A stretch of DNA of 64,000 nucleotides from Mobula hypostoma (lineage: Eukaryota). The stretch's first letter is position 1. Each line of letters opens with the position of its first letter. Location: NCBI RefSeq assembly GCF_963921235.1, contig NC_086097.1, forward strand, positions 80,044,001 through 80,108,000, given 5' to 3'. Below, piece after piece: positions 37,808-51,361 of the stretch. Under the pieces are notes generated by a model. It was given only the letters and a program-made list of their open reading frames with translations, was not told the DNA's origin and ran no database searches. Made by a program: the position numbers and the translations under genes.

Positions 37808-38410
37808 TGTAACATCCTGGTTCCATTGGCACGTAAATCCAGGGAAGACAATCTCCAGCCCCGCCAAGTGTGGGAGATTGAAGTGCAAACCAACCCCCCC
37901 CCAAACAAATCTCCCTGCTTATGTGGATGCTGCGTGATTTGTTATCCTGTACAAATAAGTACCACAAAATAACAGACAGTACACCACATACAATTAAAAG
38001 ATTTAGCTTTGTAATTCTTAATTTGACTAAAGGGGTAGTAACAGAAAAACAAAAAAAGAAAAAGGGCCTAGTTTAATGAAACAGTCCAACGTATACAAGG
38101 TGGACCTCATGGTTTCCACTTCACTGATCCTCTTTCAGTTTCCCCGGGCTTCATCAAATCACAGCCCCACTCTGAGTCGACTCCTACGACCTCTTCTCTC
38201 CGTCATCTTCTCTCCTCTTCCCCAACAAAGCCCCAACCTTCATGTCCCTCACCGGAGAAAGCTCCCCTAAATCTAGCCATTCTAATTAGATGGGATACAA
38301 TTCTCCTATCTCTTATCTTCAACAGTAACCCAAACAAGCAGCATACACAGATCAGAACAGCATACCAGAGAAAATAATATGAAACATTTGAACCAGATGA
38401 GGGCATTACA
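37808..38410. mobile_element. Solo LTR (Gypsy-like)
   Basis: TGTAA...TTACA termini. Flanks ctct/gtct (imperfect 4-bp TSD). Homologous to 54131-54590 and more distantly to 56739-57351. Confidence 0.8.
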
Positions 38411-38630
38411 GTCTCAAATGGATACACACATAAACCTGCAGCACTTCCTTGAAGGATGCCATGACCAATATTTATCCTTAAAATAAATTATCTGGTGATT
38501 ATCATATTGCAATCTGAGATGTTTGCTGTATGCAAACTGGCTGGTGAATTTCTTATATTACAACAATGATTCAGAGGTACTTAATTGGCTGCCAAATACA
38601 TGAAATACACAACATGCATGTTCTTTTCCT

Positions 38631-38722
38631 GCAACACACATCAAAGTTGCTGGTGAACGCAGCAGGCCAAGCAGCATCTGTAGGAAGAGGTGCAGTCGAC
38701 GTTTCAGGCCGAGGCCCTTCGT
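38631..38722 (-). mobile_element. PLE pLTR fragment ending inside the hammerhead core
   Basis: gcaacacacatcaaagttgctggtgaacg...gtcgacgtttcaggccgaggcccttcgt. Confidence 0.85.
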
Positions 38723-40560
38723 TTCCTTTTGACTTTTTCCTTTTTTCCTCTTTTCCTTTTGTCTTAGACACAAAGTTTAACACTGTTAATTTTATTATAT
38801 GCTTTCATTGTATATTAGCAAAATATTTGGAATGAGCAAAGACTGTAACACTGAAAAGATAGGAAAATGAATTGATCTGTGGAAGCTGTGGCATGGCAAA
38901 GGTTGAGATAGTGTGCAACTACTGTGCAGCTATACAGAACAAGCCCCTGGAAGAATAAGCTCTCCCAAGGACATGAGCAGACCAGACCAGATAAAGATAG
39001 TAATGAAGGACTGGGAAGTACACGTCAACTAATCGAAAATAACAAGTATTTTTTATTGGTTATTAATGCCTGTAAGAATGTATTGTGATTGGTATCCTAT
39101 GTATGCAAAGCACAAGATTTCAATTAGTCAACATCTGCATAAAATTGACAATTTAGAATAGAAGTTTAGAAGTTCAGTGAAAGGGGCTAGATTATTCTTG
39201 TGTAAATGAAGTGTGATTGGAAAACGAATGCTACGTTATCAGGGTCTAGTTGGTCGGTTATGACAGCTCTCCATAAATCTGAGAAGATTAAGGAGATGTC
39301 TAATAGAGTTCAAAATTACTCTGGATCATACTAATTCCAAAATGGGTACTAGATTCCAAAAGAATGCAAGTCATGTAGAACAAAACTGTGTCAAAGATTT
39401 TCTGCTAATTATTCAAAAAAGTGATCAAAACAAGAGTATGTAGAGAAGCCTCCAAGCACAGAATTGGGGAGGAAATGTGGAACAAACATTATTAGTCTAC
39501 AGATTTTTTTTGCTAACAAGTTTAAAATGAGATTCTAGTTTCCAGGGACTTAACAAAAGATGAAGAACATTTTAATTTTATTCAAAGATGCATTTGTATT
39601 TACAAAGTACATAAAATAAAGATTTCATCAAAATACTACTTATCTACCGACTGAATTTCCTCTGAATAGCAAAACAAAAATTAATCTGGTACTTCAGACA
39701 GTGAAGGTAAGTTTGAATGAAAAGATCTTATAAATAGAAGTACTTTGTATGCAAGAAAAATGCAGTACTTATTTTATGTCCTTGCCAAGTATGATTTTGG
39801 AGATACTGAAAGAATCAAATTAAAACTTATCATATGATTAGAAATTAGTATTTATTGGCATTTGGAAGTTTAAAACAATGGTGCTGTCCATCTAGCTAGC
39901 AAATATATTGTTATGCTTAACAAACAAAAACACTGAAAAAATGAAGTCCAAAAGCATTATGTTAAAATTGTGAAATTTGTTTATGCTTCTTCAGGATGTT
40001 TGTGGTTATAGATTACAAGATAGTAATCATTTTATGCATACTGAGCTTAGTCAACCTTAACAAACTGAAGAAACTGACGGCCTTTTAAATATATCTTGCC
40101 TCCTCACATGTCTCCATATATTAAGGCAGTAGAAAAATATATGCACATTATGATTTTACTATTTTGGGACATTTCAAAACACTTGACTATAAATGAAGTA
40201 GCTTTAAAGTGAGACAAATATTAAACTCATAATAGCAAAATAGCAGATTGTAAATATACATAATCAATCCTGTTATTCTAGAGAAAATTGAGATTTTTTT
40301 AAGTCTTCAATGCTGAATCTTTAATAGTTTTGTTGTTTAAAGCAATTTTGTTGTTTAAAACCAATAAAACAGTTAGAGAATCAGCAAGTTGTCAGCTCAG
40401 TCAGCCTTCTGTTCCAAAGCAAATTAATGTATTTTACAACAGATGTGCTGTTAATTCAATTTCTTCATCATTCTTTTTGAACAACAGTCTTCCCTCATTC
40501 TTCTTCTATACACAACTTCCAAAACCAAGCTGGCTCTAAAATCAGGTTGAATAGAGCCTC

Positions 40561-40765
40561 AACAACAACCTCTCACTCAACGTCAGCAAAACCAAAGAGC
40601 TGATTATTGACTACAGGAGGAAGAAACCGGAGGTCCATGAGCTAGTCTTCATTAGAAGAAGGGAGGTGGAGAGGGTCAGTAACTTTAAATTCCTTGGCAT
40701 TATCACATCAGATGATCTGTCCTGGGCCCAGCACGTAAGTGTCATTACAAAGAAGGCATGGCAGG
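40561..40765 (+). mobile_element. Rex1/Babar-like RT fragment
   Basis: NNNLSLNVSKTKELIIDYRRKK...VERVSNFKFLGIITSDDLSWAQHV..KKAWQ. Confidence 0.85.
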
Positions 40766-42445
40766 TCAATAGTTATTTTTCCTTTTCCAGGTGCATCTAC
40801 CTCATTTAACCTTATGAGGAGCTTTGTCAAATGCTTGCTGGAAATCTATGTAAATATTTCCCACAGACAATCTCTTATCTACTAGTGCACTCACTTCTTC
40901 CAAGAGTGTATTCAGACACATCAGGCATGAGCTACCTATACTGTTTCTTTTTGATCAACTGAAAATCTTCAAGAAACTTAACTGTACCTCCTAACAAGTG
41001 ATTTTCAGCATGGAATTTCTACCTTTAATTGCTTCTATATGAAAGGCATATTTCTTATCAGAATCAAGAAGATCTTGAAAGATTACTAAAGAACATCTGC
41101 AATATTCCCACCCACTGTTTTTAAAACTCTAGGATTGAAGCTCTGGATCTATAGTATTGTCTCTTGCTATCCTAGTATTTTCTTCAGATCTATTTTATTA
41201 TCGTGCTTTATTTCTGATTATGCCCAAATCCAAAAGAGTTGCTTTGTAATGTTTTCTATGCTGACTTCTTCTCAGCTGCAAATACCAGCATAGAGATTAT
41301 AAAACATTTCTCCTTATTTGCATTCACACACCATTATGGTTTTAAGCCATCATTGCTCCTTTTTTTCTATAGATTAAAAATGTATTTACTTTTCTTATCG
41401 TTCTTACAGTTTTGTTTCTTTTAATATCTTAATATCTTTCTTTCTTTATCACTAGGGTCTATTTTGATTTTGCACTGTATTTTGGTTTAATAATTTATCT
41501 TAATTATCAATGGCAATTCTTTGGTATTACAGAACAAGATTCATTTTTTAATGAAATAGAACTCAAAAGCGAAAATGTATGAGAAACTTAAAAACACAAC
41601 CTGGTTCAAGTTACACTTAGAGAATATTGACTGTATTACTAGATGTGGAGAGGAAAAAAAGACAAACAATACACAAGGATGGTGACAGAACTGGGAGATT
41701 ATAATTACCAGGAAGAAGATGGCGCCAGCGAACAATATGACCAAGGTGATATCCTTAAGCCAGTTTACAAAACTACTTCTTTCACTTCCTTCATATCTTC
41801 TCTTTCATTCATATCTGGTTCTCTACAGTTGGAGCCCGTAATCAACAGTATAGTGGTGTTTTCAGGACTAGCTGTGATCTGGTGCCTTGTTGTCTCCAAG
41901 GGTGTTCAATGAGATTTTGAGCGAAGCACGCAGCCTCGAGGCCAAGAAACCAGGAGACGGGGTGCAAGCCCATGGCCAACTCTGTTTCTTGCTAATTAAC
42001 TCATTGAAGAAGATTGAAATCATTGCAGCAAGAGCTGAAGGCATGCGAGTGTTCAGTGCCATCTACCAGCCTTTCGCTTGCTGCTGCCAGAGGAAGGCAT
42101 CTGCATGTGATGGTCTCTCTCTCTCTCTCACTCGCTGCTCCTGGAGGAAGATCCCAGCATTCAAATGATATCTCTCTCCTGAAAATGCTGGAGTCCTGAG
42201 TCTTGGGCAAGTTTTAATGGATGCAGTTTGTGGATTGGACTCTGTAGTTCGTATTATGATGTGTTTCTGGTTTTAGGTCACTTTTTTTTTTGTTCCTATT
42301 TTGTGCGATTTTGATCGGGCCGGCCTGCAGATAATGAATGACATCGAGCTAGATTGAAGTGAGTATGTCTAGACTCTTTAAAGCAACACACATCAAAGTT
42401 GCTGGTGAATGCAGCAGGCCAGGCAGCATCTCTAGGAAGAGGTAC

Positions 42446-42481
42446 AGTCGACGTTTCAGGCCGAGACCCTTCGTCAGGACT
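42446..42481 (-). ncRNA. Minimal type I hammerhead ribozyme (intact core)
   Basis: agtc-CTGACGA-agggtctcggcct-GAAAC-GTC-gact. Stem I agtc/gact. Confidence 0.8.
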
Positions 42482-44279
42482 AACCGAAAGAAGAGCTAGG
42501 AAGAGATTTGAAAGTGGGACGGAGAGGGGGGAGAAATGAAAGGATTAGACAGGAGGGGGAGGGATGGAGCCAAGAGCTGGACAGTTGATTGGCAAAAGGG
42601 ATATGAGAAGATCATGGGACAGGAGGCCCAGGGAGAAAGAAAAGGGGGAGGGGGGGAAACCCAGAGGATGGGCAAGGGTATAGTGAGAGGGACAGAGGAA
42701 GAAAAAGGAGAGAAAAAGAATGTGTGTATATAAATAAATAACGGATGGGGTACGAGGGGAAAGTGGGGCATTAGCGGAAGTTTGAGAAGTCAATGTTCAT
42801 GCCATCAGGTTGGAGGCTACCCAGATGGAATATAAGGTGGTGTTCCTCCAACCTGAGTGTGGCTTCATCTTTACAGTAGAGGAGGCTGTGGATAGACATA
42901 TCAGAATGGGAAGGAGACATGGACTGTATTGGTGCTGCTTCCTGCACGCATGCTGAGCTCGTTGACTTCATTAACTTTGCCTCCAACTTTCACCCTGCCC
43001 TCAGGTTTACCTGGTCCATTTCCGACACCTCCCTCCCCTTTCCAGATCTTTCTGTCTCTATCTCTGGAAACAGCTTATCTACTGATGTCTACTATAAGCC
43101 TACTGACTCTCACAGCTATCTGGACTATTCCTCTTCTCACCCTGTCTCTTGCAAAAATGCCATCCCCTTCTCACAATTCCTCTGTCCCCGCCACATCTGC
43201 TCTCAGGATGAGGCTTTTCATTCCAGGACAAGGGAGATGTCCTCCTTTTTTAAAGAAAGGGGCTTCCTTTCCTCCACCATCAACTCTGCTCTCAAACGCA
43301 TCTCCCTCATTTCAAGCACATCTGCTCTCATTCCATCCTCCCGCCACCCCACTAGGAATAGGGTTCTCCTTGTCCTCACCAACCACCCCACCAGCCTCCG
43401 GGTCCAACATACTATTCTCCGTAACTTTCGCCACCTCCAACGGGATCCCACCACTAAGCACATCTTTCCCTCCCCCACCTCTGCTTTCCACAGGGATCAC
43501 TCCCCACGTGACTCTCTTGTCCATTCGTTCCCCTCCCATCCCTCCCCACCGATCTCCCTCCTGGCACTTATCCTTGTAAGCGGAACAAGTGCTACACATG
43601 CCCTTACACTTCCTCCCTTACCACCATTCAGGGCCCCAGACAGTCCTTCCAGGTGAGGCGACATTTCACCTGTGAGTCGGCTGGGGTGATATACTGCATC
43701 CGGTACTCCCGATGTGGCCTTCTATATATTGGCGAGACCCGACGCAGACTGTGAGATCATTTCGCTGAACACCTACGCTCCGTCCGCCAGAGAAAGCAGG
43801 ATTTCCCAGAGGCCACACATTTTAATTCCACGTCCCATTCCCATTCTGACATGTCTATCCACGGCCTCCTCTACTGTAAAGATGAAGCCACACTCAGGTT
43901 GGAGGAACACCACCTTATATTCCATCTGGGTAGCCTCCAACCTGATGGCATGAACATTGACTTCTCAAACTTCCGCTAATGCCCCATCTCCCCCTCGTAC
44001 CCCATCCATTATCTATTTACATACATACATTCTTTTCCCTCTCTCTCTCCTTTTTCTCCCTCTGTCCCTCTCACTATACCCCTTGCCCATCCTCTGGGTT
44101 CCCCCCCACCCCCTTTTCTTTCTCCCTAGACCTCCTGTCCCATGATCCTCTCATATCCCCTTTGCCAATCAACTATCCAGCTCTTGGCTCCATCCCTCCC
44201 CCTCCTGTCTTCTCCTATCATTTTGGATCTCCCCCTCTCCCTCCCACTTTCAAATCTCTTACTATCTCTTCTTTCAGTT

Positions 44280-44315
44280 AGTCCTGACGAAGGGTCTCGG
44301 CCCGAAACGTTAACT
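44280..44315 (+). ncRNA. Minimal type I hammerhead ribozyme motif
   Basis: agtc-CTGACGA-agggtctcggccc-GAAAC-GTT-aact: core intact, triplet changed to GUU, one stem I mismatch. Confidence 0.7.
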
Positions 44316-45289
44316 GTACCTCTTCCTAAAGATGCTGCCTGGCCTGCTGCGTTCACCAGCAACTTTGATGTGTGTTGCTTGAATTCCCAGCATCTGCAGA
44401 ATTCCTCGTGTTTGCGTTTCTAGACTCTTTTGATGTCTTTGTTGGTTGATGTCATGTATTCTGTTTTTGCGCTTGTTTATTTTACTGTTTGCGCAATTTT
44501 TTTGTTTTTTGTGCATGGGAGGTTGTTTGATGTTTTTCTTTGAACAGGTTCCATGGTTTTCTTTGTTTCACAGCTGTCTGTGGGAAGACGAATCTCAGGG
44601 TTGCATACTGTATATACAGTTTGATAATAAATGTACTTGAATCTTTCAACCAGGAAAAATAAGAAGAATGTGGCTACAATTTCTAAAATGGAAACTAAAA
44701 ATTAACCAAGAGTTCTTTTTAAAAATAATAATAAATTAATTAGCCAAACATCCAGAAAACCCTGCGGATTCTAGAAATCTGAAATAACAACAGAAAATGC
44801 AGAAACTCTCAGCAATTAAACTAGCTTCAGAAGTGAGAGAAATAGAGTCAAGGTCAGTCAGGAACTTTTCATCAGAACTGGAAAAGTAGGAAGACAGGCA
44901 AGCTTTATGTTGCAGAGAGAGGAAGAGAGAGCAAACTGTGATAGCATGCGGCCCAAAACTTTAAAATAACAATTATTTTAATAAATAATAATAGGTCGCA
45001 GAGAACAAATGTGAAGTGAACTGATGAAGATAGGTATTTTGGAGAGAGTAAAGTGTTAAATTTATTATTAACTCCCATAGTTGTAACAATCCCAAACAAA
45101 AAAAATAGATACCATTCCTCAAGCTTACATTGGGCATTAATGGAGCAATGTTGGAAGTGAAGACTCCAAGACAGATGGAGAATTAGAGAGAGAGTAGGCT
45201 AGAAGCTCAGGATCTAGAAGCTGTGGGCTGAAAAGAGAAGTTCTGCAAGTGGCTACCCAATCTGTATTTTGTTTCTCTAATGAAAGTAA

Positions 45290-48200
45290 GGCAGGGGCAA
45301 GTGGAACAGCCATCATTGGAGTGGTCAGAATTAAAGTGGAGATTTTGGGGCTTTAGCTCTTAGAGGCTTCAGTGAGGAGAGGCTTGAGTGAGAGAACACA
45401 AACAAGAAGCTATAGGTACACTTTCTTTTCTTCCCCGCAGTTTATTATTTTTCCTTCTTTATAACTGTTCAGTTAGGAACAGTAGAGATGGCAGGGAGGA
45501 TAGTGGAATGCTCCTCTTACGGGATGTGGAAAGGCAGTGAGACCGCCAGTGTCCCTGATGACTACACCTGTAAGAAGTGCATCCAGCTGCAGCTTCTAGC
45601 AGTACGTGTTAAGGAGTTGGAGCTAGATCTGGTTGAACTTGGGATCACTCAGGAGGCGGAGGGGGTGATAGCTAAGACATATAGAGAGGTAATTACACCC
45701 AAGGTGCAGGATACAGGAAACTAGGTGGCAGTCAGAAAAGGAAAAGTGGTTAAACAGCCGCTGCAAAGTACTATTGTGGCCATCCCCCACAACAATAGGT
45801 ATACCACTTTGGATACTGTTGCGGGGGAGGGGGGTGACCTAGCAGAGGAAAGTCACAGCGGTCAGGTTTCTTGCACTGAGTCTGGCTCTGTGACTCAGAA
45901 GGGAAGGTTAGGGGTTGGGGGCGGGGGGGCAGGGGGAGAAGAAGGCAAATTGTGGTGATCAGATATTTGTTACTAGGGGAACAGAAAGGCGAATGAGATT
46001 CCCGGATGGTATGTTACCGCCTGTGTGCCAGGGTCCAGGATAGAAAAAAAACCCACAGCACAATACAGGCCCTTCGGTCCACAAAGCTGTGACGAACATG
46101 TCCCTACCTTAGAACTACCTAGGCTGATCCATAGCCCTCTATTTTTCTAAGCTCCATGTAGCCACCCAGGAGTCTCTTAAAAGACCCTATCGTTTCCGCC
46201 TCCACCGCCGCCGCCGGCAGCCTATTCCACGCACTTGCCATTTCTGCATAAAGAACTTCCCCCTGTCATCTCCTCTGTACCTGCTTCCGAGCACCTTAAA
46301 ACTATGCCCTCTCGTGCTAGCCATTTCAGCCCTGGGGAAAAGCCTTTGACTATCCACACGATCAATGCCTCTCATTATCTTGAACACCTCTATCAGGTCA
46401 CCTCTCATCCTCAGTCGCTCCAAGGATATCTCAGATCAAGTCCTCAGCACTCTTAAGTGAGAAGGTGAACGGCCAGAGGTTGTGATCCATGTAGGTATTA
46501 ATGACATAGGTAGGAAGAGTGACAAGGTTCTGCAAAGTGAGTTCAGGGAGTTAGGTGCTAAGTTAAAGGGCAGAACCTCCAGGGTTGTGATCTCACGACT
46601 GCTAACCATGCCAAGTACTAGTGAGATCAGAAGTAATAAGATTATAAAGTTTAACACATGGCTCACGAGTTGGTGTAGGAGGGAGGGTGTAAGGGTGTTG
46701 TTAAGACCTCAGACAAAGTCAGGAATCAAAAGATTGAGCACGGTGCAACTAACTTCCTGAGCGACATATACTTCAATGCAAGAAGTATCGTAGAGAAGCC
46801 AGATGAGCTCAAGGGATGGATCAACCCATGGAACTATGATGTGTAGCTATTAGTGAGACTTGGTTGCAGGAGGGGCAACTGACTGGCAACTCAGTATCCT
46901 GAGGTTCCATTGTCTTAGACGTGTCAGCATGGGAGGGATTAAAGGAAGGGGTGGCATTACTAGTCAAGGAAAATGTCACAGTAGTGCTCAGTCAGGACAA
47001 ATTCGAGAACTCATCTAGGGAGGTGTTATGGGTAGAACTGTGGAATAAGAAAGGTATGACCACATTAATGGGGTTATATTACAGACGACCCAACAGTCTG
47101 AGGGATTTAGAGGAATAAATTTGTACAGAAATCACACATTGTTGCAGGAAATATAAGGTTGTTATAGTAGGTGATTTTAATTTTACACATATTGACTGGG
47201 ACTCCCGTACTTTAAAATGACTAAATGGGATATAGCTTGTCAAATGTGTTCAGGAAAGTTTCTTAAATTATTACGTAGAAGTCCCAATGACAGAATGTGT
47301 GATACTTGATCTGCTATTAGGGAATGATAAGGATACGTAACAGGGTACGTAACAGAGGTGTGTGTAGGTGAACACTTTGCATCTCGTGGTCACAATGCCA
47401 TTGGTTTCAAAGGCAGGCTGTTTTCTGCCAAAGGTGTACTTGGTAAGTGAGAAGCCTTCAAGCGAAATTTTGAAGGTACAAAGGCAAATTAGGGTGGGTA
47501 AATTCCCGGGGCTTGACACGATGTAACGACAGACCCCACGGAAGATAAATGCAGAAATTGCTAGGGCACTAGCAGAACTACTTAAATCACATTTAGTGAC
47601 ATCTGAAGTGCCAGAGAATTAGAGGATAGCCAACATTGTTCTGCTGTTTAAGAAAGGCTCTAAAAATATGCCAGGAAATCATACGCCAGTAAGTCTGACA
47701 TCAGTGATGGGAAAGTTATTGGAAGGTATTCTAAGGGACTGGATATATGAGTATTTGGATAGACATAGACTGATTAAGGATGGTCAGCATGGCTTTGTGC
47801 ATGGTAGTTCGTGTATAACCAATCTTATGGAGTTTTTTGAGGAAGTTACCAGGAAAGTTAATGGAGGAAAGGTAGTGGATGTTGTCTACATGGCCTTTAA
47901 CAAGGCATTTGTTGAGGTCTCATATGACAGGTTGGTCAAGAAGGTTTAGTTGCTTGGCATTCAAGATGAGGTAGAAAATTGGATTAGACATAGGCTTTGT
48001 GGAAGAAGCCAGAGAGTATACGATTGCCTGTCTTACTGGAGGCCCGTGACTAGTGGAGTGCCACAGGGATCGGTGCTGGGGACGTTGTTTGTCATCTATA
48101 TCAACAGTCTAGATGATAGTATGGTTCACTGGTTCAGCAAATTTGCAGATGACACCAAGACTGGGGGTGTAGTGGACAGCGAGGAAGACCATCATGGCTT

Positions 48201-49025
48201 GCAGCGGGATCTGCATCAGCTGGAAAAAGGGACCAAAAAATGGCAGATAAAATTTATTGCAGACAAGTGTGAGGTGTTGCACTTCAGTAGGACAAACCAG
48301 GGTAGATCTTACACAGTAGGGCACTGAATTGTGTAGTAGAACAAAGGGATATGGGAATATAGGTCCATAATTCAACACAGGTAGATAAGATCATAAAGAA
48401 AGCTTTTGGCTAATTGGCCTTCATAAATCAATGTACTGAGTAGAGGAGATGGGATGTTATGTTGAAGCTGTATTGAGACATTGGTGAGGCCTAATTTGAG
48501 TATTGTGTATAGCTTTGGTCACCTACCTACAGGAAAGATGTAAATAAGGTAGAAAGAGTACAGAGAAAATTTACAAGGTTGTTGGTAGATCTGGTGAAGC
48601 TGAGTTATATGCAAAGATTAAACAGTTCAGGTCCTTCTTCCTTGGAATGTGGAAGATTGAGAGGAGATTTGATAGAGGTATACAAAATTATGAGGGATTT
48701 AGAGAGGGTAATGCAAACAGGCTTTTTCCACTACAACTAGAGGTTATGGGTTAAGGCTGAAAGGTGAAAAGTTTAAGAGGAACATGAGGGGAAACTTCAT
48801 AACTCAGAGGGTCATGAGAGTGTGGAATGAGCTGCCAGCACAAGTGTTCCATGCGAGTTCAATTTCAAAGTTTAAGAGAAGCTTGGATAGATACACAGGT
48901 AGTAGGAGTATGGAGCGCTACAGTCCCCAGTGCAGGTCAATGGGAAAAGGCAGTTTAAATGGCTCGATGCAGACTATATAGGCCCAAAGGCCTGTTTCTG
49001 TGCTGTACTTTTCTATAACGCTATG
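45290..49025 (+). mobile_element. CR1 LINE, near full-length outline with deletions (ORF1 zinc finger/esterase; ORF2 APE-RT)
   Basis: ORF1 MAGRIVECSS...YTCKKCIQLQLL and VIHVGINDIG (SGNH). ORF2 AISETWL, LYYRRPN, IVGDFNF, PVSLTSVMGKLLE, GVPQGSVLG, SKFADDTK. 3' tail at ~49020. Confidence 0.93.
46043..46421 (-). mobile_element. CR1 3' fragment inserted in ORF1 of the host CR1
   Basis: RLRMRGDLIEVFKIMRGIDRV...TRGHSFKV. 'aggata' flanks both sides. Confidence 0.88.
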
Positions 49026-49308
49026 TAGTGACATCATCGGAAGCGATGAATTCAATGCACTAAAGAAGATGTGAAAGTGAAGTGCTGTATTAAGGGAAGG
49101 AATGTTTTGTACTTAGATAGTAGGAAATGAATTGGTAAAAGGGGAGATGGTATACCTGCTATGATTAGGAAGTGCCATGAAAAGTAGTTAGTGAAAGTGG
49201 AAAAGTGAAAGAGGGCTTCATGGAAGGAACCACCTCTCTGGAATGCTTACAGGGGAGGGGAAGATGATGTGCTTGGTTTTAGAATCCCTTTGGAGGTGGT
49301 GAAAGTTA

Positions 49309-50634
49309 TACTTTATACTTTATATACTTCATTGTCGCCAAACAATTGGTACTAGAATGTACAATAATCACAGCGATATTTGATTCTGCGCTTCCTACTC
49401 CCTGAATTACAAATATTAACTATTAAAAATATTTAAAAGTTAAAATTAGTAAATATTAAAATTTTAAATTATAAATCATAAATAGAAAATAGAAAAATGG
49501 GAAGTAAGGTAGTGCAAAAAAACCGAGAGGCAGGTCCAGGTATTTGGAGGGTACGGCCCAGATCCGGGTCAGGATCCGTTCAGCAGTCTTATCACAGTTG
49601 GAAGGAAGCTGTTCCCAAATCTGGCCGTACGAGTCTTCAAGCTCCTGAGCCTTCTCCCAGAGGGAAGAGGGACGAAAAGTGTGTTGGCTGAGTGGGTCAT
49701 GTCCTTGATTATCCTGGCAGCACTGCTCCGACAGCGTGCGGTGTAAAGTGAGTCCACGGACGGAAGAATGGTTTGTGTGATGTGATGTGATGTGCTGCGC
49801 TGTGTTCACGATCTTCTGCAGCTTCTTTCGGTCTTGGACAGGACAACTTCCATACCAGGTTGTGATGCACCCTAGGAGAATGCTTTCTACGATGCATCTA
49901 TAAAAATTAGTGAGGGTTTTAGGGGACAGGCCAAAGTTCTTTAGTTTTCTCAGGAAGTAAAGGCGCTGGTGGGCCTTCTTGGCAGTGAACTCTGCTTGGT
50001 TGGACCAAGTCAGGTCATTTGTGATATTGACCCCGACGAACTTAAAGCTTTTGACCTGTTCCACTTGCGCACCACCGATGTAAGTTGGGTCGTGCGGTCT
50101 GCTACTTCTTCTGAAGTCAACAACGAATTCCTTCATCTTGCTGATGTTGAGGGATAGGTTATTGTCTTCGCACCATGCCACCAAGTTCTTAATTTCCACT
50201 CTGCACTCAAACTCATCATTACCCGAGATACAGCCTACAATTGTTATGTCATCAGCAAACTTATATACTGAGTTTGATGGAAACTTGGCTACACAATCAT
50301 GGGTGTACAGTGAGTACAGCAGGGGGCTGAGTACACAGCCTTGTGGGGCACCGGTGCTCAGAGTGATTGTAGAGGAGAGCTTGTCCCCTATTTTTACAGC
50401 CTGGGTCCTGTCTGTGAGGAAGTTGAAGATCCAGCTGCAGATCTGAGTGCTAAGGCCCAGGTTCCGGAGCTTAGGAATCAGTTTATTTGGAATGATGGTA
50501 TTAAAGGCAGAGCTGTAGTCAATGAAAAGGAGCCTTACGTATGGGTCTTTATTCTCCAGTTGTTCTAAGGAGGAATGTAAGGCCAGAGAAATAGTATCTG
50601 CCGTTGACCTGTTGCTCCGGTAGGCGAATTGCAA
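49309..50634 (-). mobile_element. Rex1/Babar-like LINE, 5'-truncated RT
   Basis: [69 protein letters not shown]. (aaagtat)n-type tail. Confidence 0.95.
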
Positions 50635-51361
50635 ATTATGGACGATGATCAATGGAATGTGATCTGTGGAAGGCTGGTAGGGTGGAAAGTGAGGACTGGG
50701 AAACGCTATCTTTGTTCTGGCTGTGAAGAAAGGGAATGAGAGCAGAAAAGTGGGAAATAGGAGTTTCAGAGTCCTGTTAACTGTCATAAAGAAAAAGGCA
50801 TGATGAAAGAAAAAGGAAGATACCTTGAAGGCACAGATGTGGGGAGTCTCATTATCTGGGCAAATACAACACGGATGCAGAAAAAAAAAGGAAAAATGAA
50901 ATAGAATTCTTGCATCATACAGGGTGGGAGGAGGAGGTATGGTCAAGGTAGTTCTGGGCCTTTTGAGCGGGGTTTATAGTAGATATTGGTATGTATGTAG
51001 AGATCTTTCTATTTGGGAGTTCATTGTTATGGTCAATAAACAAATTTCTCACTAAGGGTAAAGTAGCATGAATTTATACAGAACTGAGATAAAATTGTCT
51101 GGGAGAACGATTTCAATAGATTCGCCATCACGGTAAGATGAAATAGGTGAGACATGAAAGTGTTGGAATATAACAATTAGTACAAGCATGTTCGTCTATA
51201 AATCAATTTCTATGCAATTCTATGCAATAATTTGCCCTTCTGTTGCCTTACCTTGCTATCTCAAGGACCAAGAATACTAAACGTTTTCCACAGAGCCTGA
51301 AGGGAAATGAATGTTTTGCATTTCCCGAATGGATCTTTTTAAAAAGCATTTTTTTCTATTG

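Larger units (their letters stand above)
42380..44418 (+). mobile_element. Penelope-like element with inverted 5' segment
   Basis: Plus strand 42916-43978 encodes the RT C-terminus (MDC.., FINFASNFHPALRFT, TDVYYKPTDSHSYLDYSSSHP) and GIY-YIG, followed by the pLTR. 42380-42915 is an inverted copy of the pLTR and GIY-YIG end. TSD tctagactcttt at 42368-42379 and 44419-44430. Confidence 0.96.
41711..44648 (+). mobile_element. Non-coding retroposon with AAGATGGCG head, interrupted by a PLE (own parts 41711-42379 and 44419-44648)
   Basis: Begins ggaagaagatggcgcc. Continues across the PLE TSD. The 3' tail is shared with 6410-6500. Confidence 0.6.
44760..51000 (-). mobile_element. Old Penelope-like copy split into three pieces (44760-45290, 49030-49308, 50635-51000)
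   Basis: Degenerate pLTR and GIY-YIG, then 'gtgaagtgctgtattaagggaaggaatgtttt', 'ggaggtggtgaaagtt', 'gaaggctggtagggtggaaagtgagga' and 'ggtttatagtagatattggt'. All are collinear with the young PLE at 59404-60708. Confidence 0.65.

Noticed and set aside
39670..39712. Strong donor AAG|GTAAGT
   Set aside because: No convincing acceptor or recognisable peptide upstream.
49456..50946. 496-aa ORF as an intact gene
   Set aside because: Chimeric. The N-terminal ~105 aa is read-through from decayed PLE sequence, the middle is a truncated Rex1-like RT, and the C-terminus is frameshifted.
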